From NCBI RefSeq assembly GCF_016432865.1, contig NC_067399.1, positions 463,512,001-463,576,000 of the forward strand: DNA of 64,000 nucleotides, given 5' to 3'. The first letter of the stretch is position 1, and each line of letters starts with the position of its first letter. Both the position numbers and the translations under genes were made by a program. This stretch comes from Antechinus flavipes. Its lineage: Eukaryota. Positions 49,598 to 62,682 of this stretch are shown piece by piece. Below the pieces are notes generated by a model that saw only the letters and a program-made list of their open reading frames with translations, was not told the DNA's origin and did no database searches.

Positions 49598-49984
49598 GTA
49601 AAATCTGGTCCCTGAATTGCCTCTCCCTGCTGGGACCATAGGGAATTATCCTGCTTTGGTCAGACTTCAATCTTGGTTGCAGGCTATGTTACTTCTACAC
49701 AGGTAGAGAGATTAAAATTAGATCTGCACTTGTGCAGAAGGGTACATATGCTAAGGAGGAGAACTCAAGAATGTGCAAGGAAGTGATTACCTCAGAGATG
49801 GATTAAGGGCCGTTCTGTATGGAGTTACAGGGCTGGACAGGATGTTAAAATACAGTCTTCTGAAGCATATGCTGGCCCATAATTTGGGCATTCAAGTCCT
49901 CTTCCTGCCATTTCCTCTGGTACTCCCTGACCTGGGCATAAAGGATTGGAAATGGAATATTAAATTAATCATACTGATCATCCT

Positions 49985-50200
49985 AGTTTTATTGTCATTC
50001 ACTTGTTTCAGCCATATCCAACTCTTCATGATCCCATTTGGGGTTTTCTTGGCAGTTACTAGAGTGGTTTGCCATTTCCTTCTCTAGTTCATTTTACAGA
50101 TGAGGAAACTGAGGCAGGTGGGTCACATAGCTAGTAAGCATCTGAAGCTGGATTTGAATTCAGATCTTCCTGACTCCAGACTTTACACTATATCCACTAT
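49985..50200 (-). mobile_element. MAR1-type SINE (reverse)
   Basis: catatccaactcttcatgatcccatttggggttttcttggcag...gagtggtttgccatttccttctctag...gaggaaactgaggcag. Confidence 0.85.
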
Positions 50201-51478
50201 GCCACATAATGGTCCTATCTCATCCCAGAGATCCCCACCTTTGTTGGGGAGAGAAATATTTTTTCAGCCGTCATTGAAATCTTCAGCGTGACTCTCAGAA
50301 ACAATTGAACTTAATAGAGGTTCTTCTGATAAGAAGTGGCGATGCCTTTTCTGAGCATTTCCTTTTTCTACCATGCCTTCATTCTCCTTAAAATTCTGCT
50401 TTCCAGTTCAGGTTCTTTGCAATCTCTCTGTCTGTCTGTCTATCTGTCTGTCTGGCTGTTTCTCTTCTCTCTCACCTGTTGATGAGAAGTCCTACTCAGC
50501 AGAAATCAGAAAATCATAGAAAGTTGGAGTTTGAAGAGATTTTTGAAAAAGAAAATGAAAAACATTAATATGTTAAAACTAAAAGATACTTTAGAACATA
50601 GAATGTAAGAACCTAAAGCATAAAATGTTAGAACTGGATGAGATCCTAAGCATCATGTAATCCAACTCTTTCATTTAGCAAGTCAGGAACCTGAGACCCA
50701 AGAACTTTGGGTAATTGACCAAGGTCTAGTTAGGGATAGAAGGAAGGATTAGAATCTGTGTCTCCTGATCCTCAATCCACCCTTTGCCAAGAACTGCTGC
50801 CTCCTTTTATACAACTTCATTAAATAATGTGATTTTTAGGACCTCTAAAAGATGGCTTCTTATCTATCCAGTTTTCCACAAGACATTACTATTTGCCATA
50901 TGTTTTCCAAGTTTAATTTATTTCTCACTTAAGACATGAGATTAAGGATGACCCAGAAATTAGATGGAAACAAGGGTTTATAGGAGACTCGCTAACCTAC
51001 TAGTTTTTTTTTTATATCAAATTCACAGTACATTTTGGCAATTTCAATTTTAGACAACTTGAGACAGCCAAACCAAGTGAATTCTCTTTTCTCCAGGGCT
51101 TAGTTTCTTAACCTGTAAAGTGAAGAGGTGAACAAGATGATCTCTAAAGTTAATTATAAGCCTAACATATTTATTTTATATTGTAATATTCTGTTTTTTA
51201 TAGACTCAGGTATAATATTGTGTCCTTTGTTTTTCATTTCTAATGTCTCTTCCAGCCCCAAAATTCTAAATTCTCTGTTCTAACATAATATGTTTTAAGA
51301 ATTTTTTCCCCCAGCTCTGACATTTTATGACCTGAATTAACTCTGGTTAGCTGGGCCATTAAAAAGTATACAGGGAGAGGGACCACTTTTGTCAGTGGGT
51401 TGGTTGGAGTGGATGGTGGAGAGGAAGAGGGAACATTGCTCCCTGCCTAATATCTCTGACTGTCCGTGTGCTTCCTAG

Positions 51479-52030
51479 GACAACAGTCGGAGGGTGGAGC
51501 ACATGTTGAAGCTCTGGGTCATTGAAGCAAAGGACCTCCCGGCCAAGAAGAAGTATTTATGTGAACTGTGCCTGGATGATGTCCTTTATGCACGGACTAC
51601 ATGTAAGCTCAAGACGGACAATGTCTTCTGGGGGGAGCACTTTGAGTTCAACAACCTGCCACCGCTCAGGAATATCACGGTGCACTTGTACAAAGAGACT
51701 GACAAGAAGAAGAAAAAGGACAAGAACAACTACCTGGGACTTGTGAACCTGGCTGTGGCCTCGGTGTCGGGGCGGCAGTTTGTGGAGAAGTGGTATCCTG
51801 TGGTGACTCCCAACCCCAAGGGCAAGAGTCCTGGCCCCATGATCCGCATCAAGTCCCGATACCAGACTGTCAGCATCCTCCCTATGGAGATGTATAAGGA
51901 ATTTGCTGAGTACATCACCAACAACTACATGGCTCTTTGCTCTGCGCTGGAACCTGTGTTGAGCGTCAAGAACAAGGAGGAGATGGCATCAGCCCTGGTT
52001 CATATTCTGCAAAGCACTGGGAAGGCAAAG
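51479..52030 (+). CDS. DAB2IP: DAB2IP coding exon (552 bp), C2 domain and start of RasGAP region: [39 protein letters not shown]...[17 protein letters not shown]
   Basis: Acceptor cttcctag ends at 51478; donor AAG|gtacaa at 52031. It has 184 open codons, including the C2 lysine cluster [12 protein letters not shown] typical of the DAB2IP/RASAL2/SYNGAP1 family. Flanking peptides fit DAB2IP best. Confidence 0.97.
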
Positions 52031-52084
52031 GTACAAGCCAAGCCCTGCATGTTCTTCATGCCCCAGCTAGGTACATGTGGGTAG

Positions 52085-52293
52085 CACTCTCTCCCTCTTT
52101 TTCTCCCTTCCTTCTCCCTCTCTCTTCCTCTCTCTCTCTTCCTCCCTCTCCCTCTCTTCTTGTCTGTTTCTCTGTCTTTGTCTCTCCCTCTGTCTCCTTC
52201 CCTTTCCTTCTCCTTTTCCTTCTCTTCCCCTCCCTCTTTCTTACTCGCTCCCGCTCCTCTTTCTCTTTCCTTCCTTCTCCTCCCTCTCTCCTT

Positions 52294-52344
<51 letters not shown>

Positions 52345-52365
52345 TCACATACACACACTCACATG
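52085..52365. repeat. Long polypyrimidine tract ending in (CT)n and then (CA)n
   Basis: About 260 bp of almost only C/T, with a perfect CT run at about 52287-52340 and acacacac after it. Confidence 0.95.
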
Positions 52366-55300
52366 TTCACTTTTCCTATGGAAAATACAGTCTGCTTTCT
52401 GCCTCATGAAGCTTGATTCAGGGAATCCTAAAGGAGATGCATAGCCAGGCCAGTCATCACTCAAGAGTTTGCTTTGCGTCCCTCTCTCCAAGGAGAGAAC
52501 ACAGATTTTCCTAAGCCCAGAGCTTGGAAGACAGAATATTAGAACATATAACAAAAAGTTTTGTATAGAATTTCTGCACTGGGAGGAAGTTTAGAACAAG
52601 CAGTGATAAAGCAGCGCAGGATGAATGTAATAATACTAATAGCTAGCATTTATTTAGCTCTTGCTATGGGCCAGGCACTGTGCTAAATGCTTTATTGTTA
52701 TGATCTCATTTGATCTTCACCACAGCCCTGCAAGGTAGGTGCTATTATCACCATTTTACAGTTGAGAAACTGGAGCGAAGCCCAGCATCAGACAGCTAGT
52801 GAGTGTCTGAGGCCAAACTTGAATTCAAGTCTTCCTGACTCCAGAGTCAGTGCTTTATCCACTGCAACACATAGTTATAAGGGCTTTGAAGGACCTTGGA
52901 GACCATGCAATCCAGTGATTTTAACTTGGAATCTATTAACTTTTAACACACACACATACACACACACACATATATAGATACAGATAGAATGATACATAAC
53001 TGCATTTCAGTATGATTGCTTCCCTTTGTAATCTTATGTGTTTTATGCATTTAAAAAACATTTTAAGAAGGGATCCATATGCTTCACCAGACTGACAAAA
53101 AGAGGACCACAATACAAAAAAGGTTAAGAACTCCTGACCTTGTCAAATATCCTCATTTTATAGATGAGAAAACAGAGTCTCCAAGAGGTAAACTGGCGTT
53201 CCAAGATCAAGGAGCTGGGAATAAAGCTTAGGGGTGACTGAGTATAGTTTTCCCTCTTCTAAACCTGCCTCCTGGTGAAATTCCTACCTGTTGGGGCTTC
53301 TTTACCTGTAGCACTAGTGTTAAACCTGAAGCTTAGAGAAGTAATTGACCTAAGATCCGGTTCCAGGTTGAGTGTGTACACCGCAGGTATAAGGCTGAAT
53401 ATTATTTCTAGGTTCTTGTTTATAGGACTATGATTGTTGCAGGATTTGGGTTCCAGTTTAACATGAAGCAACAGGGATGATGATATGGAGACTTCCTCCC
53501 TGAAGCCAGACTTACCTACATTGGAAGACACTTTAATTTTCTTCCTCTTAGAGACTATCAGCCCTAATTGGGATTTCAGAGATCCCTTTGTCCAGTCCCT
53601 TTATTTTACCTACAGGTAAAAACAAGAAACTGAGGCCCATAAAAGGGAAGTTTCCTGCCCTGGGTTACATAGTGAATTAATAGCAGAATCAAATCTTTTT
53701 ACTCCAAGGGCAGGACCAAGACAAGCTGCCTCTCCTCTCTTCTCCTTTGAGTATACCTAGATCAAAGCCCTTGTCAGAGTCCCAATTAACTGAACTATTC
53801 GTCTAAGATGGTTAGTCAGCACTTGGGGAGGAGGATAATTTGTTGGGCAAGTAGGGAACTGTCTCTCCCCTGCTGGCTCTGTTGAACCTGCTGGTACCTG
53901 CTCATTACTGAGGATTAATGCCATAGGAAATGGTTGGTATTCAGGGTGGGAGAGGAGGGGCTACTTGCTCCCAGTTCTGATCCGGTCTGACCTTGCTTCT
54001 GGAAGCTAGATCAGGGACCAGTATCGTGAGCCTCAGACCTCTGATGTTACTTCTCACTCTGGAGAGGATAAAAAAGGGACTTAAGAACTTCCTCTCACAA
54101 TCTTGGAATGAGAAGCAGAGGTGCCCATGGAACGCATAAGAGTTAGTGTGATGTGTGTGGTACAAAGAGCAACAGAATTGGGGTCAAAAGACCTCGATTT
54201 GAGTCCTACTGTGTATTAGCAACCTTGGACAAACTGCTTCACAGTTTGCGCCTCTATTTGTAAAGTGAGGGGGATTGAACCAGTTAGTCCTTAAGTTTCC
54301 TCCCAGTTTTAATATTCTGTGCATCTATAACATGGATTTAGTGACTCTCTTTCTACTCTGATCTGACTCCCTCACATGTTCCCTTGCCTCTTGTATCATG
54401 CTCATACACTACTTCTGGTCTGTTGTCTCCCTAAAGAAGGTTTCTTCTTCTCCTCCCTCTTGGGAACCAAGTCAATCTATTCAATCCATAGATTAGATAC
54501 TGGGAAAAATACCTGGAAGTGGCTGGATTATCTCACCTTATGGCCTAAGGAGGGTGATTTTTCCAACTGGTGCCTCAGTCATCCACTCTAAAATGGGTCT
54601 TACTTGATCCTCAGTTGTAGGGAATATCTTAAAGGTTATATAAACTGGGGGAGGCAGCTGCCTTCAGACCTTATTGAATAGGAAAGAAAGCTTGGATTTA
54701 GAGAAATCAGATTTTTGTCCCATTTAGACCTTAGGTTCACTTGAAGGGAAACTTAGTACTGTGGACAATATCAAGAAGAAAAGAAAAAAAAGACAAAACC
54801 ACTGTATCACATTTGGCTCTGGGCAGAAGAGAAGATCTATGGCTCAAGTTTGTTTACCCTTGTGATAAGTACACTAAACACTCAATGTCACTGTATTAGT
54901 GCAAATATCCCTGGAGGAATACCTGCCCCTCTCATATTTAAAAATAATTAGATTGTTAATCATACGATTTAAAGTAGGAAAAGGACTTTAAAAATGATCT
55001 CTTCTAAACTCATTTTATAGATGATGACACTGGGACCCAGACAAGGTTAAATACTTGCCGAAGATCCTAGAGTAATAAGTAACTTCACTGAGTCAGGATT
55101 TGATCCCAGGCCATGTGATTCCCTATCATATTAGCACCTTTGTGAGAAATGTAAGTTAAATGTATCTCCTGCCCTTCACTTTCTAGACTTGCTTTCCTTC
55201 CTTTTTACATAAAGAATCTGGGCTGGGGGTGCTGTCCAAGGTCTCTTTTGGTGCTAACATTTTTGAGTTTATGTTCTCCTTTTTTAAACCTTGATTTAAG

Positions 55301-58300
55301 CCTGGGTCCCATGCAATTTCAGCCCTATCCTTCAAGGTCAAAACTGCAGCTAGGACCCAGGGTAACTAAATCTTGGGTGGGTTTTCTTAATATCCCATTC
55401 ACTTCTCCCCACTCTTATTCCTTTCCTCCCACCCCAGGAAAAAAAAAAGTTTCATTTCCCTTTCAAAAACCACAATAGCACATTGAACAGAGGTGATTGA
55501 TAGACCTAGAAGAATCAGCTTTTGGACTATCCAGCTTGTAAGATAAATCACTACCAGAACATCCCTCAAAAAGATTTTTTCACTCTTTACACCCGCTATC
55601 ATTCCTGGTAGGAAGGCATAACTAATGCTTGCTGTGGGATAAGAAGTGAAGAGTATGATCCTGGTGTTCTGCTTGCCTGAGCTCATAAGAAGGTCATAGT
55701 CATTCATTCCTTGTGCTAATGCTTCAGGCAATATGTTTTCCTTGATACTATCAGTAAGGCAAAGCTGCTGTAGAGGTTGAAATGTCAAATCTTCATTTTT
55801 GTAAATGATTGCCCCTGTTTCTGCTTTACTGCCATTAGCTATATGTAAGATCTTGGGCAGGTCATTTGCTTTTGGGGGCCTCAGTTCTTCATTTATAAAA
55901 TTAGGGAGAAAAGGTTTTCTGTTAGCATAGAGAAGTGGCTAGAGATAGCCTGGAAGTCTGATCTTGATTTGAGTTCTGATCTTCAACTACTACTGGCATG
56001 TGAACCCCTGTTTATCATTTTTAGTGCTCCCAGGCAAAGCTCTGCGACTGTAAATTGCCAGGTACTGATCTGCCTTAGTAAAGGGCTTTTCCTTACAATT
56101 ATAGTAATTCTCTACATTAATCAAATAACATAGCAAGATCTCGTTCCTTCAAAAAATTAGGACATTGCTCTAAATGATCTCTTAAGCCCTTACAATTTTA
56201 AATCCAGTATTCCTTCCCCTTCTCCTTACTAATGAACCAAGAGATCAGTGATAAGATTTATTGTATAGATGAGGAAACAGTGGCCCCAGGAAAAGTGGCT
56301 TTTCCAAAATCACACAACTAATAAATAGCAATGTCAAGACTCAAAAACCCAGGTCTTCTGATTTTAAATCCAGTAGTCTTTCTACTATACTACACTGTCT
56401 TGAACAGGTTTCATGATTTTTTGTGAATATGAGTTCTCAAATAGATTTTCCCCCTTCCACCTTAAAAGGGGAAGAAGCAGACAAGAAATAGGTTTTTAAG
56501 AGACTCAGTTTCTCAATGAGCCAAGTAAAAATGATGGCCCAAAGGGAATGGTGGGGGAATCCTTTCTTCTCATTGAGTAGCCCTTTAAGCAACAGCCATG
56601 ACAAGGCTACCTGGGGGCATTCTACATGGAATCTAGGAAAAATATGTGGTTGGTCTCTGTGTGTGGTGGGGAGGGGGGAATGTGAGTGGGTGTATGTGTT
56701 GGTGTGTGATTTGGGGGAAATGGCCTGGGTAGACAACTTTCAAAGAAAGCCCTATCTGAGCTTTAAGAAGAATTGGGAGGATAAGGTCTATGGCTCAAGA
56801 CTTTAATTCTGGGATAAGCACTTAATTACAAAGGTAAACATATATTTTTATGTTTCTAGGTCAAGGATATTTCTTCATTTGCATATTAATTTGTATATTG
56901 ATGGTGGGAAGGGTAAAGAGGGACTTTTATGACTGGTTTATTCTATCCTAAGATCTCCAAGCAGAGCCCTGGACTAAGAGTCAGGAGACCCACATTGTAG
57001 TCCCAACTCTACTATTTACTAATTTTGTGATTTTAAGTCATTATTCCATATGGTGCCTCAATATCCTCATTTAGAAAATGAGGTACTTAAGACTCCATCT
57101 CTATGGTGTCTTCAAATTTTAACATTTTGTCTTCTAGCATTCTCTGTCCTAAAGCTTCTTCCAGTTTAAAAAAAATTCCTACAATTTTGTATTACTCAAG
57201 AGCCAGCCTTTTACTGCTACCAAAGTTCCTCTGGGCTACCCTCAGAGTTATGGCTGTGTCAGGATTCCCATTATCAGACCACCATTTCAGTTGCCACAAC
57301 CAAGCTGTAAAACACCCACCAATCCACCTGCCTGAAGCCTCTTGGCCTTCTGGGGCTCAGCCTAAAGGTTTAATTCTCTTACAACACGCATGAAAATTAA
57401 TTTGATTCTTTAAGTGGCAATAGCAAGAGTAGGAGAGGGAGAAGGAGGATATTGCTTAAAGTGAAGGCCCTTTGGGGAAGGCAGCTTTGATATACACAGT
57501 GCTGACATCTGGGGCAAGGTGACAGGAGGAAGAACTCAGCCTTCAATAAGAAAGAAGGGACTGAGAATAGACAGAACTTTCCCTTAGCTTTACTGTTAAG
57601 GATCAATTCCTACTCTGTAGGGAAGCCCCTAGGTGGGAGAAGTGAAAGGTTTTGCCTGCCTCTCTTCATCCCCAGTTCATTGTTGTTTTTGCAATGTTAC
57701 TCCATCTCTTCTTTAAATTAAGTCCCTTCACATTACTGTGAAATATTAAGAGGTGGAAAAGATCTTGGAATGTAGAATGTCCACGATCAGAAGGAAGCTT
57801 AGGGAACCAACTCCTTCATTTTCCTAGAAGGAGGAACTATGGCCCAGGGAAGGAAAGTAATTTGCCCAAGGTGATACATTTTCATTACTGACAGAGCAGA
57901 GACTGGAACCTATTTGTGGTCAAAGAATGACAGAAACTTAAAACTTGAAGAGAAGAATATCCGTAAAGTGTCAGAACTGAAATAGAACTCAAAGTCCCCA
58001 AACTTCCCCTTTTACAGGTGAAAAAACTTAAACACTCATATTATTCGAAGGTAACACAATTACATTAGCTTCAAAATCATCATAAGAACCCAGGTCTCTT
58101 GACTTCTGCATTAGCACTTTCCCCATGCCCTGTACTTAAATTCTAAGAATAGAAAGAAACCTGAAAAGTTGACTGATCCACACTGCTATTGAATACAGGG
58201 ACCTTCTGTTACTCCCTGAGAAGGATGCTTCTCCTGGGATTCCGTGGATTGAATTGAGAGGGCTCTCTGTAAAGGGAGAGGTCGTTCTACCATACTGTTT

Positions 58301-58719
58301 AGACCATCTAGATTACAGTGTTTCCTGAAAGTAAGTTTCACCTGGAATTAGAAAAAGTTGGAGTCTCAGGGATTGTCTGAGACGTTGTTTTTCAGGGATT
58401 AGGATCCCAGTAGATCTGTCTCAGAGGTCCAGGGAGATAAAGGCAGCACTGATGTTGGCCCCCATGCAATATAATTATAGGAGAGTTAGGTTTCTTGAGA
58501 AATATTCCCTATGGGGGCTCCTTCACACCTGAGTTCAGTCAGCCACAGAGAGCAAAAGCTCTACCATGAAAGGTGTGTATACTATGTGCCTATGTACATG
58601 TGTGTCTGTATATGTGCTAAATTTCTTGTATGCATGAGTTTCATCAGGATGGCTACAGAATAACTACTAATTAACCACAGACTTCAATTCCTAAAACTTT
58701 AAATTCAGATGCCAAATCA

Positions 58720-59400
58720 GTTTCCCATTCTTAAAATGTTTTATTGGTATTCTTTTAAAATATTATATAATATATCACATATATGTAATATATTATATTA
58801 TATTACGATTATATGGGATATCATCCCTTATAACAAATAAGCCATCTTGCAAAACAAATGGACAATATTGGCTATGTCTATCTGTATCTTAATCTGCCCT
58901 AGTAGTCTACCAGACAGGCTTCACAATTAGTCTGTCTACTGAGGTCAATATAGATCACTGAATTGATGAGAATTTTGAAATCTTTTTTTCTGGGTTCTTC
59001 TACTTTACTATGAATTAATTTGGATAAGTCTTTTCTAGTTTTTCTGAATTTTTCATAGTCATTATTTCATATAATGAAATACTTTATTCCATTACATTCA
59101 TGTGCCAGTCTGTCTAGCCATTCCCCCAATGATTAGTATCCATTTCTCCTTCCATTCCATGCTACTACAAAAAGTGTTCATGTATATATTTTTGTCTGTA
59201 TGGTACCTTTCCCTCTCTTTCATATCCTTGAGGTATATGTCTGGTATTGTTAAGCCACTAAGTTTTTTCCCATTTAGTGATTTTTTTTATTTTTAGCACA
59301 GTTTTTTTTTTTTTTTTTTAAGGAATAGACCAATTCACAGCTCCATCAACAATGCATCAGTGTACCCATCTTTCCTCAGCCCCTCCAACATTTAATATTT
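58720..59400 (-). mobile_element. Degenerate L1 3' region, reverse
   Basis: ttccattacattcatgtgccagtctgtctagccattcccccaatgatt...ccaattcacagctccatcaacaatgcatcagtgtaccc. Confidence 0.7.
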
Positions 59401-59656
59401 TTATCTTTTCAAGTCAGCATATATTTATCTAGCACTTGCAATTGTTCCATAATAGGCTAAACTTTAAGGAAACAAAGAAAGGCAAAAAAGATTGTGTGGG
59501 TGTGTATTCCTTGCTCTTTTTAAAGAGTTTATATTTTGTCATATTTTCTAATCTTATAATTTTCTATTTTTAAAATGAGGCTGACCTAGATGATCCCATC
59601 TAGGTTTTACTTGAGGAGAGGGACTGTCTCATTTTGGTATTGGTATATTGGGGTGT

Positions 59657-59657
59657 A

Positions 59658-59705
<48 letters not shown>
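59657..59705. repeat. (GT)n microsatellite
   Basis: Uninterrupted gtgtgt run of more than 35 bp with a gtat lead-in. Confidence 0.95.
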
Positions 59706-59706
<1 letters not shown>

Positions 59707-60489
59707 TTAATAAAGTTTGTTAGTTGATTCATTTTGTGAAGAGAATTAGAGGAATGGCCAAATCTGTGTAGCACACCAATCTGGGAGTCAGGAGAATGAA
59801 CCTGATGTGTGTGACTTTGGACAAGTCACTTTCCTTGTTTCTCTGTCTTTTTCTCTTTCTTTGTTTTCACCACCTTTTTTTCCTTTTCTCCCACTACTTT
59901 CTTGTTTCCTTCCTTTTCTTTCATGCTCTATTCAATATATCCGTCTTCTCTCATCCCATCTCCTATTCCTTCTCCACGCTCTCACATTTTGCTAGAAGGC
60001 TTTCCTTGTTACCAATGCCTCTTCTCTCTTTTAAGGAAACTCCACATGCTCCCCCATCCCTTTGTACCCTGCTTATATCCAGGAATCAGGAGAGCTAATT
60101 GTGGAAGTGAAAGGAGGAGGAAGAGGGGCTTTATTCCCCCAGAGGGATTTTACAGGCAGCTCTGAATAGATGGGTGTTGGTGGGTTTCTTTTTTAAGCCT
60201 CTCCTGCTGAGGGGAGGTTTTTCCCTCTTGGTATTTCCCCCAGAAACATGCTGTGAAGGGGATCTGACAACAGTGATTTATTCTCTGTAGTGAAAAACAC
60301 AAAGGCACAAAGTTCATTCCTTCGAAAGAAAGTGAAGGCGGCTCTCCCTGGTGCTACCACATGGCCGGGTTGTTTTCCTGGGCAGCCGTGGAGTATAGAG
60401 TCCTAGAATCCCCAAATTCTCTGAATCTAAAAAATATTAGAATAGAATGAAAAGACTTTTTAAAAGGCAGTTCAGTCCAATTCCAACCT

Positions 60490-60740
60490 TCAAGTGGAAA
60501 TCCCTTTTCTAGCATTTAGAGCAGATCGTTATTCACCCTCTGCTTGAAGAATGCCAGTGATGAGGAGGTCGTTACTTACCAGGCTACATTTCAGGGCAGT
60601 GCTCCTTAAAGTTTTTCCTTACAATGGGAGGCAGAATCTGCTTTCCCGTAACTTGTACCTATGGGTCCTAGTTCTGCTCTCTTGGGCTAAGCTAAAGAAG
60701 TATAGTTCTCTCTTCATAGGATAGTCCTTCAAATATTTGT
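60490..60740 (-). mobile_element. L3/CR1 3' fragment (reverse)
   Basis: ttattcaccctctgcttgaagaatgccagtgatgaggag...gtcctagttctgctctc...agtccttcaaatattt. Confidence 0.7.
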
Positions 60741-62026
60741 AATCAGTCAACAACCGTGTAAGCACCTACTGTGTGGCAGGCACTGTACCAAGGGCTGGGG
60801 AGAAAGCCTTTGTGCCTCCCTTGCATCTCCCTTCATTCTCTCCTGCACACATCCTCCCTTTTACTTTCCCAGCCTCCCCAGTCCCCACCCTTTGAAGCCA
60901 CCCTCTTGGAACAATCCTGGCTACAACAGAGCAGGAAGGCCATTGCCCTGTAGCTGGATGTGGCTGGATAAGCACCGGAAAAGCAGGGAGAGGCCACTTT
61001 AGCTGCCACTTCTCCGCAGAACCCAAGAAGCCTCTGAGGCTCCCCTGGACCCTGGGGCCAAAGGGCCTCTAAAATTCCCAGATTCCTGGCAGAGGCAGCA
61101 GAGGAAGGCCAGAGTGTGTCCAGAGTGCTGTCGTGTGGTTCTGTTCCTGAGGGGAATGGAAAGGGCCACAGTCTTCTTGCCTGTCATTTAAACCTATTTA
61201 CTACACACATATCAGGTCAAAGCTGAGTGAGCTTGAACATGGACATGTCAAAAATTAGGACTGGTTCAGCTCTGGTCCTTCCAAGTAACTTTTTTTTTTT
61301 TTTCTTCCTTCTTTGGGGAGATAAGACCAGATTGGAGGACCTGGGATCAAAGATCAATGTGACTTTGAAGAATTTACTTAGACTCTATGGGCCTCAGTTT
61401 CCTTATCTGTAAAATAAAGAAGTAGACTAGCTAATCTCTAAGGTCCTCACCTTTAAATCCTATCATCTTGGTTCAAACTAGCACAGGAAGATGCTAATGA
61501 AGGGGATGGAACAGGGCAAAACCAGGGAACCTGAGGGGATTTGACTTGGTTCCAAGTCACCTTCTTTCTCCTTCTTGAGCCCATCTCTCTATTGAAAGTC
61601 AAGAGTAAGTTGCATCTGGGAAACTGGGCAGAAGTGGGAGTGTCCAGAGGCCTGAAATTGGGCCCCCTGTCTCCTTATCAGACTTTTAGGTAGTGGTGAC
61701 ACAGACTTGTCTCGTAATACCTCTGAGGTCGGTAGAACAGATATTTTTGTCTTCATTTTGCATTAGCTGGTTCATGGTCAATCCGGCTACAAACGGGTTC
61801 AGTAGAGGTCAGCACCAGGCCTCTGGATCCCATACCTCTCACTCTGCTGCACTGGCAGAGACTCGAACTCACCTTTAGCCCTAATGGGCATCTTGGTTCA
61901 CAGTAAGAACTTACTCTTAGTTTGAAAAGATCCCCTCTGTCAGACAGGAAAAAGCCCAGACCAAGACCAGGGCTGACCCTTCCACAGAACGTGCTCCCTC
62001 AGGCCCCCAATTCCCTCCCTCTGCAG

Positions 62027-62171
62027 GACTTCCTCACAGACCTGATGATGTCCGAGGTGGACCGCTGTGGGGAGAACGAGCACCTCATCTTCCGAGAGAA
62101 CACTTTAGCCACCAAGGCCATTGAGGAATACCTTAAGCTGGTGGGCCAGAAGTACCTGCAGGACGCCTTAG
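62027..62171 (+). CDS. DAB2IP: DAB2IP coding exon (145 bp), RasGAP domain with arginine-finger motif FRENT: [48 protein letters not shown](G)
   Basis: Acceptor ttccctccctctgcag ends at 62026; donor G|gttggt at 62172. Phase 0 in, phase 1 out. Confidence 0.97.
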
Positions 62172-62428
62172 GTTGGTGTCTTTGGACATGGAGCCAGGGA
62201 TGGGGGAGGAGGGTTGTGTGAGACCGTTCGGGGGGACGAGGGGAGGGGGCTGGGAGCCCCTCTCTAAGAGGCACTGGCCCTCGGGCTCTCTGGTGGCTCC
62301 TGCTTAAGGGGAGGATCCTTTCCCTCCATTACCCCTCAGATTTAATGATGACATAACCTGAGGCCACTTTCTCACAAAGCCCAGGGGACCTCACGCCGCC
62401 TGCCCACGATGGGGGCATCTCTTTGTAG

Positions 62429-62573
62429 GTGAGTTTATCAAAGCTCTGTATGAGTCGGATGAGAACTGTGAGGTGGACCCCAGCAAGTGCTCATCCTCAG
62501 ACCTTCCCGAGCACCAGAGTAACCTGAAGATGTGCTGCGAGCTGGCTTTCTGCAAGATCATCAACTCCTACTG
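62429..62573 (+). CDS. DAB2IP: DAB2IP coding exon (145 bp), RasGAP domain: (G)[47 protein letters not shown](C)
   Basis: Acceptor ctctttgtag ends at 62428; donor TG|gtcagt at 62574. Phase 1 in matches the previous exon; phase 2 out. The next exon is beyond the window. Confidence 0.96.
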
Positions 62574-62682
62574 GTCAGTGTGCCCTGTGCTCCCTTCCAT
62601 CCGTTGCCTGTTCAGCCCCTACTGTGTACTGCTGCACACACACCATACACATGCATGGGCACCCCCTCCCCCCGATCTGCTG

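Noticed and set aside
52056-52444. Arg/Glu-rich and Ser/Leu-rich ORFs (also at 41253-41558)
   Set aside because: Artefacts of (CT)n and polypyrimidine low-complexity sequence.
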